The position numbers were made by a program, and so were the translations under genes. A stretch of 59,536 bases of DNA, counting the filler, from Asterionella formosa (Eukaryota): assembly GCA_002256025.1 (NCBI GenBank). It is 6 parts of 6 records of this genome, joined end to end, with 100 filler letters (N's around TTAATTAATTAA, not from the genome) between each part and the next. Parts side by side here need not be neighbours in the genome. Positions count along the whole stretch, not along the records: positions 29,853 to 39,687 come from NKIB01010174.1; positions 39,788 to 49,619 come from NKIB01010175.1; 4 more parts are not named here. One strand, written 5' to 3'. Positions 33,617 through 46,301 of the stretch are shown piece by piece (position 1 is the first letter of the stretch; every line of letters starts with the position of its first letter). The notes below the pieces were generated by a model, which saw only the letters and a program-made list of their open reading frames with translations, was not told the DNA's origin and did not search any database.

Positions 33617-34138
33617 ATGACCCATTTCCAAACCAGCAACAGCATCTTGATGATTAAGGAAAATATTTCCAATGCTACCACCAATAACAACCAGGATGAA
33701 CTGGGAATGGTGCGTACAAGCGAAATCGAATCACCATTATAGATGGATGTACCATTCTTGAAGTGGTTGTAGTGAAACAATGTGTATGGACCTAATTCAT
33801 CCGACTTGGTTTGATTTTTGCAGAGCATTTCCAACCATGAGGGTTTTGAAGTGTTGGATGTTGACCCAGCATTCGTATTGCATCATGCGTGTGCCTCTGG
33901 AAGCAATGAGTTGATCATGTCGTTGCTACAGACACGCTGTATCTCGCACGAAGCAGATTCCAATGGAAGAACTCCATTGGCACTCTATGCTTCCCGTTCC
34001 GATTCCACTGTTGAAATGATTCATGTCTTGGCCAAGGCAAATCGGGCAGCATTGACAGTGTTGGATTCTGACGGAATGCCACCGTTGTCGTTGGATCAAA
34101 AGGACATGTTGATTGAGTACATGTGCACTTCTAAATAG
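33617..34138 (+). CDS. Short ankyrin-repeat protein, paralogous to the C-terminus of the upstream gene; exons 33617-33709 and 33824-34138
   Basis: LHHACA...GRTPLAL...DGMPPLSLDQKDMLIE. The GTGCGT...TTTTTGCAG intron is in frame. Confidence 0.7.
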
Positions 34139-34741
34139 TGCAGCAGGTTGACTGCGACAACGATTACATCGTTATTGTGTCGTAATAGAATGTTGAACTG
34201 ACGGCCGCTTGTATGCATTAATTGTCATGCGCAACTTAGAACTCATAAAATATATTCAGTTATTTCACCAGCAAATGATGGATGCTGTAGCAAACCGGTA
34301 TTACTACTATGACCAAAAATTTATTTACCAATCATGTCTATTTACATTTTATGCTCAGCTATCACAGACACGAAACGTGTGACGACGCTACATATGGATT
34401 TATTTACCCAGGTACAGGCATGGATTGAATTGATTTGTATGAATGGTACCAGTTACCAGGGCACCCGGAAAATGTAGTCAAGGCGTGGTTCACGCCTCGC
34501 CTATTGTCAACCGCACATTGTTCTTTGTTACAGGTTTGTACCAAGTACAAGGGTACTAGGAACCTGGTACCTGGTACTCAGTTTTGTTACCGGTAGTTCG
34601 CTGCGTCATCCGTAGCTTCAAAACTGCTATAGTGCATTCTCTCCTCACACAACTGGCTGAGGTCCCAATAATACCGTACCGGTTGTCTCCAATAGAATAC
34701 CCTTTGCTTTATTATTACACAGCAGCAGCAATCGGCCCTCA

Positions 34742-35473
34742 ATGTCCTTTCCTGGCAAATATGTTCAGCGATCTTGGCATTTAGTAGATGCTACGAACCA
34801 ACGCGTTGGTCGATTGGCCAATCAAGTTGCCATCTTGCTGCATGGCAAACACAAGCCCACCTTTCGTCCTAATGGAGACATGGGCGATCACGTGGTCATT
34901 ATTAATGCCGACAAGGTATGTATGTATGTGTGGTTGTATTCATATACAGATATATATATCTTCATTTGTATTTGTTCAGGAGGAGTGTCTCTTGGGTGGA
35001 TCATCAACTATTGTCAATCCTGACCTTGCTTTGCCATTCGCTCATGCCCAACACTTGCTCCCACAAAACCAAACGGACCCTAATCAACTCCTCCATCCCA
35101 GGTTACGTTTAGTGGCAACAAATGGAAAGAAAAGCTATATCGCTGGCATACAGGATATCCAGGTGGATTGAAAGAACGTCGAGCAATTGATATGTTGGTT
35201 AGGAATCCAACGGAAATATTGCGCAAAGCTATTTTAGGAATGTTGAAGCGCAACAATTTACGACATGGCTACATGGAACCACGTCTCATGATTTATGCCT
35301 CACCCACGCATCCACATACAGCTCAGCTCCCCTTGACGGTCACTCCCATTGCACCACATACGCAACATATACAATTTGGAAATAAGGCAGGATTATTGAC
35401 ATCACAGTATTGTCATCCTAGTTCGTATCAAGAAGCTTGGGCGCCACAGGAACGTCCCTTGGAGAGAAAGTAA
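34742..35473 (+). CDS. MRPL13: Ribosomal protein uL13, bacterial type, probably mitochondrial; exons 34742-34915 and 35102-35473
   Basis: WHLVDA...VGRLA...GKHKP...[36 protein letters not shown]...AILGML. The intron is GTATGT...CAG. Confidence 0.93.
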
Positions 35474-36101
35474 TGAACAAATGAGACAATCACACATCTC
35501 TTCTATATTTATATATCAGTCTATTTCTAGTACGAAACAATCAAGGCTACTTTTAAAAGACTTTCAGAGCAATGTAGCAATCAATTCTACACTAAACAAA
35601 ATATATTCCAAAACAAGATGTTGGAAAATTAATACCGACAGTAGTGAGTTTACCAAATGTAGAATAGAATAACTTGTTGGTATATAAATACAACACTTTA
35701 TACTTCTATAAGAGTCACCACGTTGTCATACCATGGTCAGAGCAATGAAACCAAGGAAAAGGGAAAACCAATTATTGTGAGGATAATCCAGTAACGTATC
35801 CAACAAAACAGGTTTGAACTCCCCAACGTTACCTACTCACCCAAAACAGGCAAAAAAGGAGAACTGGGTCGCCCATTCTACGGTATAGTGGATCCAATCC
35901 AATGGACGAACGTCAGAAAAAGTAAAGGTTTGCATGAGACCCTTGCCAGAGGTTTGGGGAGATTTCTCAAGGATACCATTTCAAGGGTTGGCTACCTTGC
36001 ATATCCTTCTTGAACCAACGTGTGCCTAGATATGCAAGGTGGCTCTACCTTGGTATGTTAGTATTGAATATCTCTTTCATTTCATAGTGTTACTTATTCC
36101 C

Positions 36102-37279
36102 TCACGACTTGGTAAAGTCCATGCCTTGGAATGATCCACCTCTGGCTTGTCGATATGCTTCTCGTTCCAATTCTACTTCAAGATCTGCCCGTTTATATTC
36201 CGCTTGTTCTTGTTGAGTCGTTTCAATAAGAATGGTTTCAATGTCCATTCGATTTTGGGCAGCAGTAACCAACTGTTGTATTTGGTCTTGAATGTCTGGA
36301 TTCAGTCCGGTCGGATATGGAGGAGGTTTGGGTTGATTCATTTCCAGACAAACTGCTCGGCTCAGATACGGAGTTTCCCATCCTAAATGCACTGACTTGA
36401 GTTCCGTACCAAAGTATTGTCGGTACGAATGGCAATCGTAAGCTCGAGATGCAGCACCATGTTCAGCGAAAGCCTTTTTCACTGTATGAAGTATGAATGA
36501 TGTGTACAAATCAAGTGAATATACATCAAGGTGAAACGATTAGACAAGGAGAAGGGGATAAATAACACTGTTCATGAGACCAATTTTGGATTGTGATAAT
36601 AAAACATTTGAACACTCATAAAGTGGGACATGTACGAAAGGAACGCACCATACCAGACTACCTTGGCACCTCCCTCATCTATGACAGTAGTATAGTATTT
36701 TGAATCACCATATTCACCACTAAAGAACAATTCCCCCGACAGGGGACACACAAAAACACATGTAAATTTCGTTTCATGAGCTCGTCCACCATCACTCCAA
36801 CATATGTACTGATCCTTGCTACATTGAAACGACCTAGGTTTTTGCATATACCATACATTCAAGGCCGCCTTTGGAACACCCAATGTCTTGTTGGGGAGCC
36901 ATGGTTGACCAGCGTATGGATTTGGTTTAGACATGTCTGTCGAAGCTGTGAATGCGCTTGGCTCAGTCGCAATTGTCGTTGTATCGTCATTATTGACATT
37001 ATCCTTCATGGTTGTGGGGGCATTCCAAGGGGAGTAATTTCTGTTTGCGGTACAGCTACTATTACTCACGGCACCCCATCCCTGCGACGATTTGGAAATC
37101 TTCCATTGCTTAGGCGCCGAACCGATGGAATCTGAGGATGGAACGAAACGTGGATCACGTTGGTGATCATTGGGCCCAGGCGAGAGGCGCCAGATTCGAG
37201 ATGGAATGGACCGAGCATCTCGAAGTGGTCCTAATCCATTTTTGGATGCCTTTGGATCGTTTAGAAAACCAGGTTTCAT
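36102..37279 (-). CDS. Hypothetical protein with a dsRNA-binding-domain-like module; exons 37279-36649 and 36481-36102
   Basis: PKAALNVWY...GGRAHETKFTCVFVCP...WY|VKKAFAEHGAASRAY follows the dsRBD pattern (PK..L, G..H...F, KK.AE..AA). The GTGCGT...CAG intron is phase 1. Confidence 0.65.
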
Positions 37280-37481
37280 ACTGATATGGAAGGGGATTGC
37301 TCTGCAAATATGGGAGGGTGTGGGTGAAATGATGGAAGGAGGACAGCGCAACAAATGTAAACTATGTACTTCGTCAAAGAATACTAACACCGGTATCATA
37401 GTGGAAGATCAGAAACGACAAGTACAGTAAAAGGTACTCCTATAAAGAATTAACTAACAACGATAACTCCCGGTAGATACC

Positions 37482-37979
37482 TGTTGAGGATAAACGACTA
37501 CTGTTAGCAGACAGTAGTATAAGTACTGCAATGACTGCACAGTCTGCACAACCAACAGTCATGGTGAGGAATTCCATGGAACAAGAAGGTCAGTTCAGGA
37601 AAATATATGCGGGATTCGTAAATGGAATAGCAATTCCTACAGAGCAAGTCCAACATGCAAGATTAAATGATAAGACTGAGACAATTGGAATTGCAAATCG
37701 TATGAAGTCGACCAATGAGAAAGAGTGGATTGAGGTGAAGAACAAATCCAAGAAAGTAAGATTCGTGAAACAAGATCAATTTGGTAAGACCAAGTAATTT
37801 GGCAGGATTGATAGAATTTGGTAAGATTGATAGAAAAAGTAATCTGAAGTAATCACAACATTGAAAGAGGTCAATCTAAAAGTAGATTAAAGTGTTGTCA
37901 AAAACTAGCTAGTGGAGAACTAGTAGTACTGGACACTAGACGTGTAAGTACTATCAAGGAGATCTGGAACATCTCAACA
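37482..37979 (+). mobile_element. 5' LTR (498 bp) of a Copia element
   Basis: Terminal inverted ends TGTTGAG...CTCAACA, directly upstream of gag. Confidence 0.75.
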
Positions 37980-38043
37980 CGTTTTTAAAAACGATTGCTT
38001 GTGGAAGTTAAGGTCAGGAAGACAAGAAGTGATTGTGCAAAGG

Positions 38044-39687
38044 ATGAGTGAAGCAAAGAAGGCTGGAACAGTCCTGGAGTCAGTCAAGGTCATTCCTTTT
38101 TATGGAACTGACACTACAAAGGGGGGAGTTGAACCCCGAGAATTTTTTCAAGAAGGCTGAGGTATTTGCTGCAACAAAGGGTTTCAAGAAGGTGTTACTC
38201 GAAGAAGTAGTTCTTCCAAGTTGGGCAGAGAAAGAAGATTTGACAAAAGAAGAGATGTAGTTGGTGAGACAAGATGATGAAGCAAAGCATTTTCTTATTA
38301 TGTCATGCAGAGGTGATGCTTTTGCAATCATTGAATCATATGAAACAGCATACCAAATGTTTCAAGCTCTCAAAGACCGGTACAACTCAAAGAAGACAAA
38401 AGATTTGGAAAAAGCAACAACCAAGCTTGAAAAGTGTTACATGAAATCAGACATAGATGATCCCTACCTTTGGATTGTCGAAATGGAACGATTGAACAGA
38501 GAAGTGGAAAAGTGCGAAAATGGATCAAGACGCAGTGAAGAGCAAATGCAAGCAACTATATTAGCAAGACTACCAAAACGAAGATATGAATCAGTAATTA
38601 CATCTCTAAATGGAAAGATTGGTACAAAAGGATTTGACAATAAGGACTTCATTGCTGAGATCATTGGCTGGCCATTATGAGATGTTTGTGGAGCCATTCA
38701 AAAATCGTCAAAATCGCAAAAATCAAGATCAAAGAGAGAACAAGGAAAGAGGAAAGCATCTGGCTCTGAATACTACAAGTTGAAAAGGTGCCTAGAGAAC
38801 CTTTAAAGGTAAATGCAACAAGTGTGGAAGACAAGGCCACAGAGCAAGAGACTGCAGAAGCACTGGCAACAGCAACAACAGTGGAGAGAAAGACATTGAA
38901 AGACCGAAGGTGAAGTGCTGCAGCTGCAATGGATTTTGACACATTGCAAGAGATTGTCCAAAGAAGGAAGAGTCTGGTATGTTTGTTGGTATGACAATCC
39001 GTGGAGCTGATATCCGGGAGGATGATGTCAAGAAGAATCAAGATGCTAAATCAGAGTATTTTGACAAAAATAAATTTGCAATTGAACTTTTGCAAGAAAT
39101 TGCAGACTACAACAGGAAGAAGAGAAGTGTCTTGAAAGACATAAGAGAAATTAAGTGGAAACCAAGAAAATACAACAAGTTCCAACAAGTGATAAGCCAA
39201 AAGAAGAAAGTAGAGAAAAAGACCATGAGCTGGGCTGATATGTGTGAGACAAGTGATGAGGAGGAATATGACAATGTCGACGAAAATGAGAACAGAGGAA
39301 TTGTTGATGAGAAAGAAATTATTTACCAGATGGAGAAAACAAGCCATGGAGCAGAATGGATGTGGGATGAGGAAGTTTTTGCTACAAATTCATTGAAAAC
39401 CATGAGCCCTGTCACAGAGAGTGGACATGAAAGCTGGCTTGTTGACTCAGGGGCAACAACTCATGTGTCCATCAACACTATAAAAATGAGTAATTTGCAG
39501 ACTGCAACTGAAGGTGAGCATGTGAGTGTTGGAAGCAATGAAACCCTTAAGGCAACAGCGATTGGTGATTTAACTCTGGAGCAGAAGGACACATAGAAAA
39601 CACTGAAATTGGAAAAAGTGATGGTTGTTCCCGGTTTTGCTCGAAATTTGATAAGTGTTGGCAGGTTGACAGAGAAAGGAAACCAAT
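38044..39687 (+). mobile_element. Degenerate Ty1/Copia gag-protease region, cut by the contig edge
   Basis: Gag-like AKHFLIMSCRGDAFAII...AYQMFQALKDRY, CCHC knuckles at about 38815-38960, and protease WLVDSGATTHV. Several stops and frameshifts. Confidence 0.9.
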
Positions 39688-39787
39688 NNNNNNNNNNNNN
39701 NNNNNNNNNNNNNNNNNNNNNNNNNNNNNNNTTAATTAATTAANNNNNNNNNNNNNNNNNNNNNNNNNNNNNNNNNNNNNNNNNNNN
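39688..39787. other. Artificial contig linker
   Basis: N44-TTAATTAATTAA-N44. Confidence 0.98.
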
Positions 39788-40531
39788 GTTGTAACACTGA
39801 TTGATGCTCTGGTGACAGACCGGAAATATTCGTCTTGTGTGATGAGCCATTTCGTTTTCATTGGATTTCTTTTCAAGCTCTTAACGGATTGCATACAAAC
39901 ATACTGTGCAATGCAGATGATGATTCATCGAAGACATATGATGACTTGAACGACAAATGAAGATTTTATCACAAATACTCGTTCCTCTCGACATGACTGC
40001 TTTGTTGTTGTTGCAAGAATCAGATTGAAGATTGGCGAGGATGATGAGCCAAACCACATTACTTTAACAGGTACATTATCCTACCAACAAATGTAAATAA
40101 AGGAAAACGGGTTACTATTTAAATTACGAGGGCGAAAAATTATAATCAGATGATCATAATCCTATGATGCATCATAGGAATATGATTGTTTTTATTTGCA
40201 GATGCTATGATCCTATTTATATTGCTCTTTGTCACTACCGGTATATATCGGTATGATTACGTTTCTTACTGGTACTGGTACTTATGTTGACACGAGCGAA
40301 GTTGAGCTGTCGTACCAGGATTAACGTGTACTCTGAGTATTACATGCATGCCTGCATACAATAATTACTTGTAGGCTGGGTCATCACCGGATCAATTGTT
40401 TAAGCTCAGACGGAGCTCATTTTTCTGTTGATCTAACGTATAAATTTAATGGTTCGAGCTAAATGTTGAACGTAATACATAAGAAAACTTTTTTGATTGG
40501 ACAAATTGTTTCGGACACTTTAGAAAGTGTT

Positions 40532-40598
40532 TGATCAATCACTTTTTCTGTATGATCAATCACTTTTTCTGTATGATCAATCACTTTTTAAGTATGAT
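40532..40598. repeat. 21-bp tandem repeat (TGATCAATCACTTTTTCTGTA x about 3), with related TGATCAAT motifs at 42140-42305
   Basis: Visible directly; possibly the subterminal repeats of a non-autonomous element. Confidence 0.7.
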
Positions 40599-42439
40599 CA
40601 CACAAAATATTTTATTTGATCGGACACATTTTAAAACCTTAAATCAACACTCACTACGTCATCACCTCATTTTGATGTCAACATGATGTGATGGTCGATG
40701 ATATTTACTCTGACGCACAGTATTGGTGTCCAAATTTTGAACAACCAAGTTAGCTATATACATATACATAAACTGTAATATCAAATAGATACTCAAACAA
40801 GATATCATTTATTTAATGATAATTCGTAAGTCGTCAGAAGCGATTGATTCAAATTTTGAAACGCACACTTGCATGGCTGGTCGTGAAGAGCGAGAATGAG
40901 GTGGAAGTGCTGCTGCGAATGATGCAATCGCAAGTGCTGAAAATTGCAACAGATGTGGTTTGTTGTTGCTAGTTTGCTGTACTCTTCGCTCCGGACGCAC
41001 TACTACAACTCGCTCATGTATTCTAACGTTGTGCGTTGTTCTCCATTGATCATGATGTAATGCAAAGTAGCCTACTTGTGGGCTGCAGCGTGATAAAAAT
41101 TGAATTCTTTTTTGCATTTGTTGAAAGGAGCAAGAAGAACGTGGATATTGACGATGATGTGTTATAGAAAAGATTGCGAAATTTGAATCCATTTGTTGTT
41201 GCTGCAAACAAATGTGAGTATTAATATTGTTGTTTCACTGGTTGATAAATGCCTATTATCGAGTTCGGACTTGTTACCACAATCATTGTCTGCTAAAGAT
41301 AAATAGAACAACAAGAACAATCAACCTGAGTACGAGGTAAATCAAAATTGAAATGTTGCTGTCAATGTGCAGTTATGTAAGGTCAAGTCATTCAAACTTA
41401 CTTGACTTGCCCATCAATTCTTATTGCGTTCAGGAACAATGATACTTGACTTTTCTAGATCAAAGTTCATGCTACCATCAATTTTGTCACAAGCATATGT
41501 GAGTAAAAAAATCGTCATTGAACATGTGTGTGTAAATGAATAATTTAATGATACAAGTTCTGACTTCTGGCTTCCTTTGTTTACTACAGACAACGAAGAG
41601 AAAAGGAACTATCAACCTGGTGACGAGGTAAGCCATAATAGAAATGTTCATCGTATTGATGTGCAGTCGTTCATGTTCGATTCATTGAAACTTACTTGTC
41701 CATCATATCACCTTCAGAAAAATTGTCACACGGATTTTCGAGAATGTAAGAAGCTATGCACAATCAAGAGGAGAAGCAGAATGTATAGTCGAACTATTCC
41801 GCTCACACATTCTACCTTTCCCTACTCTACAGCCAGAAGCAGAGAAATAGAAAGTATGTCTACTACTACAACTTCGTGAATCAATTCTTGATCATATTTC
41901 GTTTTTTCGGTCGCATTGCTTAGGATCAAAGGCGTTCAATGGTAGGAACAAAGAACGCAAATGTATCAATCATAAAATACAGATTGCTAGTTAAAGCGTT
42001 AACAATAACATAATAGAATTAACATTTCAATCGAGTTATAATAGCAATTGATATAACCATATAACATAATTCAATGTATAATAGAGACTGTTCACTTATT
42101 GATGCCACATAACAATCTGTTTGATAATATGACAATATGTTTGTGATCAATCATATGATGTTAAAGATCCAACACAAAAGAGGTGATTGATCAATAACCT
42201 TTGATGTATGATATTTTTATGATACGTGTATGATCTATCATATATATGTTTATGATCAATCGCAAAAAAATGATTGATCAATGAGTTTTTCTGTTTGATC
42301 AATCAAAAACTAATACGTCATACTGCGATAATTTTGGGACAGTCGACAATTAAGCAAAAGTGTTAGGCCTATCGTATTTTCCATTCATAGACGTTGGGTC
42401 ACATTGGTCCATCTATCCAGATTGAACCCATATTCAAAG

Positions 42440-43290
42440 GGCAGAGACATCATAGTAGAGTAAATGAAGCACAAAGAATCCAATTTGAAATACCCATTGT
42501 GTGGGTCAACTTTTACCATCAATCAATGTCCTCATCAAATTGATTGTTCATACATTTCAACCTTGCTGTCATGGATGGGAGTTTGGAGTGTTCAGTTTAC
42601 AGACATGTGAATAGCTAGATTAGGGAATAGCTCAAATCCAACTTCTCTTTGGTCATCTTCGACAAGACACCAAAAGGCAGAGGCTCTGCATATTTTGATA
42701 GAAAACATTCAACTTCAGATGGGCGTAGCGGGCAAACCTTTTCACTTTCCAATCACTCCCATCATGCAACACCTAAAACCAAACTGGATAACGTCAGTCT
42801 GGCACTTTGTCAATCAAATAAAAGGAAAAGTGTACATCAAAGACACATGGGAATTGCAGGCACAACACAAAGAAGATACCTGTTTAATGGACATATTCCA
42901 AGTTCAAATAGAATTTGAACCCAAAGAGTTGCAAAGGCTAAATGCATTCCAGCCAACTGATCTTGCAAGTGATCACAATGGAAGATATTGCAGATGGAAC
43001 TGGGAATTTTTTCTTATCTCAGTATATGAAAGGTCAGACATGTCTGAACAAGCAGAGCACACTTGTGTGGCCTGATCAAAGTTGACCATCGCCAAAAGCA
43101 TGAAGGTTGTGGAAAAATTCAATCAGCAAATGCCTATGCACATCACCTACATCTCTTAGGCTACAAAAGAAGCTGGGGCCATGGAGGGACTCTATACTGT
43201 GATATCAAAAATGGAGGTTAGATATGTCCATGATGACCATAATTCAACACACTCAAGATGGCATGTATTTACAACATGCACAAGCCCATT
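42440..43290 (+). mobile_element. Decayed non-LTR (LINE) retrotransposon, post-RT region
   Basis: IENIQLQMG...PNWITSVWHFV...WEL.AQHKEDTCLMD...ELQRLNA resembles the segment between RT and RNase H in diatom LINEs. Many stops and frameshifts. Confidence 0.6.
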
Positions 43291-43309
43291 CTCCATGCAG
43301 GATTGGAGG

Positions 43310-43500
43310 AATGAGCCTTCATCGCATGCAGAATCATAGTGATACCTCCTGCTTCAGCAATTTCGAAGTGCTGCACAACCAGAGTGTTGCACATCCACAT
43401 TGGAAGATTTTTTTGCAGACAGAATCATAGTGATACCTCCCATGTCTCTTGAAGCTTCAGAACTTGGTTGTGAATAATGACAACAACAAGGTGGTGATTG
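43310..43500. pseudogene. Degenerate ARM-repeat fragments downstream of the ARM gene, in both orientations
   Basis: 43310-43440 resembles the gene's repeat unit (minus strand), while 43456-43500 encodes LQNLVVNNDNNKVVI on the plus strand. Confidence 0.65.
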
Positions 43501-43645
43501 TTGTTAAAGCAGATTATATGGAGAAAGATGTCAAACAGTAAGAAAAAATGACCCACTCTGACTTTTCTATCTCTCTACAATGATTTAAAACGTATTAGTT
43601 ACAAAAATAAGTATTAATTGATCATCATGTATGCAACCATAGTGA

Positions 43646-45985
43646 CTAATTCCCATGTTGGATCAATGTGCAAAGTGCTCCACTACCTTTTTCTTGCACA
43701 CCAGCATTGCAAGCATGCTTTTGCATAGCAGATTCAATTGCGGCTCTTCCACCAGCATTGGAAATCATTGCCTGGTTGTTGTCATTACTCACAGCCAAGT
43801 TCTGAAGTGCTGCACAACCATAGTATTGAAAATCAGCATTGGAGGAATGATTATTCATCGCAGACACAATCGTAGTGATACCTCCTGCTGCAGCAATTGC
43901 CACCTTGTTGTTTTCATTATTGTCAGCCAAGTTCGAAAGTGTTGCACAACAAAGATATTGCACATACACATTGGATAAATGAGTCTTCATCGCAAACAGA
44001 ATTGTAGCAATACCTTTTGCTTCAGCTATATTCACCTTGTTGTCATTATTGTAAGACAAGACAAAAAGTGTTCTACAACCATCTTCTTGCACTTTAGGAT
44101 TGGAAAAATGAGTCTTCATTGCACAGAGAATCGCATCGATACCTCCAGCATCAGCAATCATCACCATGTTCTTGTCATTATTGTAAGACAAGACGAAGAG
44201 TGTTCCACAAACACCCTCTTGTACATTAGCATTGAATAAATGATTCTTCATGGCAGACAGAATCATGGTGATACCTCCTGCATCAACAATTGTCACCCTG
44301 TTCTCGTTATTATCCACAGCCAGGTTACTAAGTGCTCCACAACCATACTCTTGCACTTCAGCATTGATTGAATGAGTCTTCATTGCAGACAAAATTGTAT
44401 AGATACCTCCTGCTTCAGCGATTGTCACCCTGTTCTTGTCATTCACAGCCAAGTTCCAAAGTGTTGCACAACAACTTTGTTGCACATCAGCATTGGATAA
44501 ATGAGTCTTCATCACAGACAGAATTGTAGAGATACCTCCTTCTGCAGCAATCAACACCTGGTTGTTTTCATTCTCAGCCAACTTCCAAAGTGCAGCACAA
44601 CCATAGTGCTGCACTTCAGCATTTAAGGAATGAGTCTTCATTGCAGACAAAATCGTGGTGATACCTCCTGCATCGGCAATCGCCACCTTGTTGTTGTCAT
44701 TATTCACAGCCAACTTCCAAAGTGCAGCACAACCATAGTGCTGCACTTCAGCATTGGACAAATGAGTCTTCATCACAGACAGAATTGTAGTGACACCTCC
44801 TTCTGCAGCAATCAACACCTGGTTGTTTTCATTCTCAGCCAACTTCCAAAGTGCTGAACAACCATATTCTTGCACTTCAGCATTGATTGAATAAGTCTTC
44901 ATTGCAGACAGAATCGTATAGATACCTCCTGCTTCAGCAATCAACACCTGGTTGTTTTCATTCACAGCCAACTTCCAAAGTGCGGCACAACCATAGTGTT
45001 GCACATATGCATTGGAGGATTGAGTCTTCATCGCAGACAGGATTGTAGTGATACCTCCTGCTGCAGCAATTATCACCCTGTTGTTGTCATTATTCTCAGC
45101 CAAGCACGAAAGTGCTGCACAACCATAGTGTTGCACATAAGCATTGGAGGAATGAGTCTTCATTGCAGACAGAATTGCAGTGATGCCTCCTGCTTCAGCA
45201 ATCCTCACCCTGCTCGTGTCATCATTCACAGACAAATTATGAAGTGCGGCACAACCATAGTGTTGCACATCCATATTGGAAGAATGATTATTCATCGCAG
45301 ACAGAATCGTAATGAAACCTCCTGCTGCAGCAATCATAACCCTGTTCTTGTCATCATTCACAGACAAATTCCAAAGTGCTGCACAACCATAGTGTTGCAC
45401 ATTAGCATTGGAGGAATGATTATTCATAGCAGACAAAATCGTAGTGATACCTCCTGCTGCAGCAATCATCACCCTGTTGTTGTCATTATTCTCAGCCAAG
45501 CACCAAAGTGCTGCGCAACCATAGTGTTGCACATTAGCATTGAAGGAATCATTCTTCATAGCAGACAGGATCGTAGCGATACCTCCTGCTTCAGCAATCG
45601 TCACCTTGTTGTTCTCATTCATAGCCAAGGTCTGAAGCTCGAAGAGACCTTCTTTTTGAATGTCAGCATTCCGCTCATTCATTTGCATCTTTGAAAGAAT
45701 TAAAACAACCGGAGACGAAGTTGAAGTGGCAGTCTGCTGAGGTATTGGAGACTCTGGAGCAGTGGGCCCTTCGGTATTCATAAGATCGCATCTAGGGCAC
45801 CTGTCTCGCACAGTCTTCCAACCTCCAAACAAATTCTTTTTGCGAAGAATGATGTCTGGATGAAAAGGACAGAATCCATTCCTTATGAGCTCAACTTGTA
45901 CGCCCTCGTCAGTCCTAATTCGAGCATCATGCTGAATATTGGTAGAGGCGTATGAAGCCTGGAGTGTAGGTGAGAGAGTCGCCAT
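43646..45985 (-). CDS. Armadillo-repeat protein (about 15-16 highly similar 43-44-aa repeats) with an N-terminal Cys/His module
   Basis: Repeats of N.V.IA.AGGI.TILSAMK.H..NA.VQ.YGC.AL..L; intact 779-aa ATG ORF. Confidence 0.92.
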   Translation of the reverse strand: MATLSPTLQASYASTNIQHDARIRTDEGVQVELIRNGFCPFHPDIILRKKNLFGGWKTVRDRCPRCDLMNTEGPTAPESPIPQQTATSTSSPVVLILSKMQMNERNADIQKEGLFELQTLAMNENNKVTIAEAGGIATILSAMKNDSFNANVQHYGCAALWCLAENNDNNRVMIAAAGGITTILSAMNNHSSNANVQHYGCAALWNLSVNDDKNRVMIAAAGGFITILSAMNNHSSNMDVQHYGCAALHNLSVNDDTSRVRIAEAGGITAILSAMKTHSSNAYVQHYGCAALSCLAENNDNNRVIIAAAGGITTILSAMKTQSSNAYVQHYGCAALWKLAVNENNQVLIAEAGGIYTILSAMKTYSINAEVQEYGCSALWKLAENENNQVLIAAEGGVTTILSVMKTHLSNAEVQHYGCAALWKLAVNNDNNKVAIADAGGITTILSAMKTHSLNAEVQHYGCAALWKLAENENNQVLIAAEGGISTILSVMKTHLSNADVQQSCCATLWNLAVNDKNRVTIAEAGGIYTILSAMKTHSINAEVQEYGCGALSNLAVDNNENRVTIVDAGGITMILSAMKNHLFNANVQEGVCGTLFVLSYNNDKNMVMIADAGGIDAILCAMKTHFSNPKVQEDGCRTLFVLSYNNDNKVNIAEAKGIATILFAMKTHLSNVYVQYLCCATLSNLADNNENNKVAIAAAGGITTIVSAMNNHSSNADFQYYGCAALQNLAVSNDNNQAMISNAGGRAAIESAMQKHACNAGVQEKGSGALCTLIQHGN

Positions 45986-46301
45986 GTCTGCTTTGTTTTC
46001 GCTGATTTGGTTGTTTTGTCGAACGTGTGATGAAACGCTTTCTTTTCGTGTTCGTGTTTTTGTAATTCTTCAGTCTCTACCACCTGTGGTTCAATTCAAC
46101 ATGCGAGCTCCAAATTCTTTCAGTGCTTCATTACCGTGCCGGACCTTTTTTGTCCATAATAATATATGATTGTATTCACTACATTGCAGACTATATATAA
46201 GAAAGGGCTTTTCTGTATACATGGAACAAAATTGTTAGTTAAACATATGATGAATTTGTGAATAATCACACATTCAAAATAGCGAAGTAATACGGTATAA
46301 A

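Noticed and set aside
40809..41879. Short ORFs and a duplicated segment with splice-like motifs (~41325 and ~41612)
   Set aside because: I could not build a coherent spliced gene model from them.
43655..45694. His/Cys-rich plus-strand ORFs (e.g. 44996-45694)
   Set aside because: They are antisense shadows of the ARM repeats.
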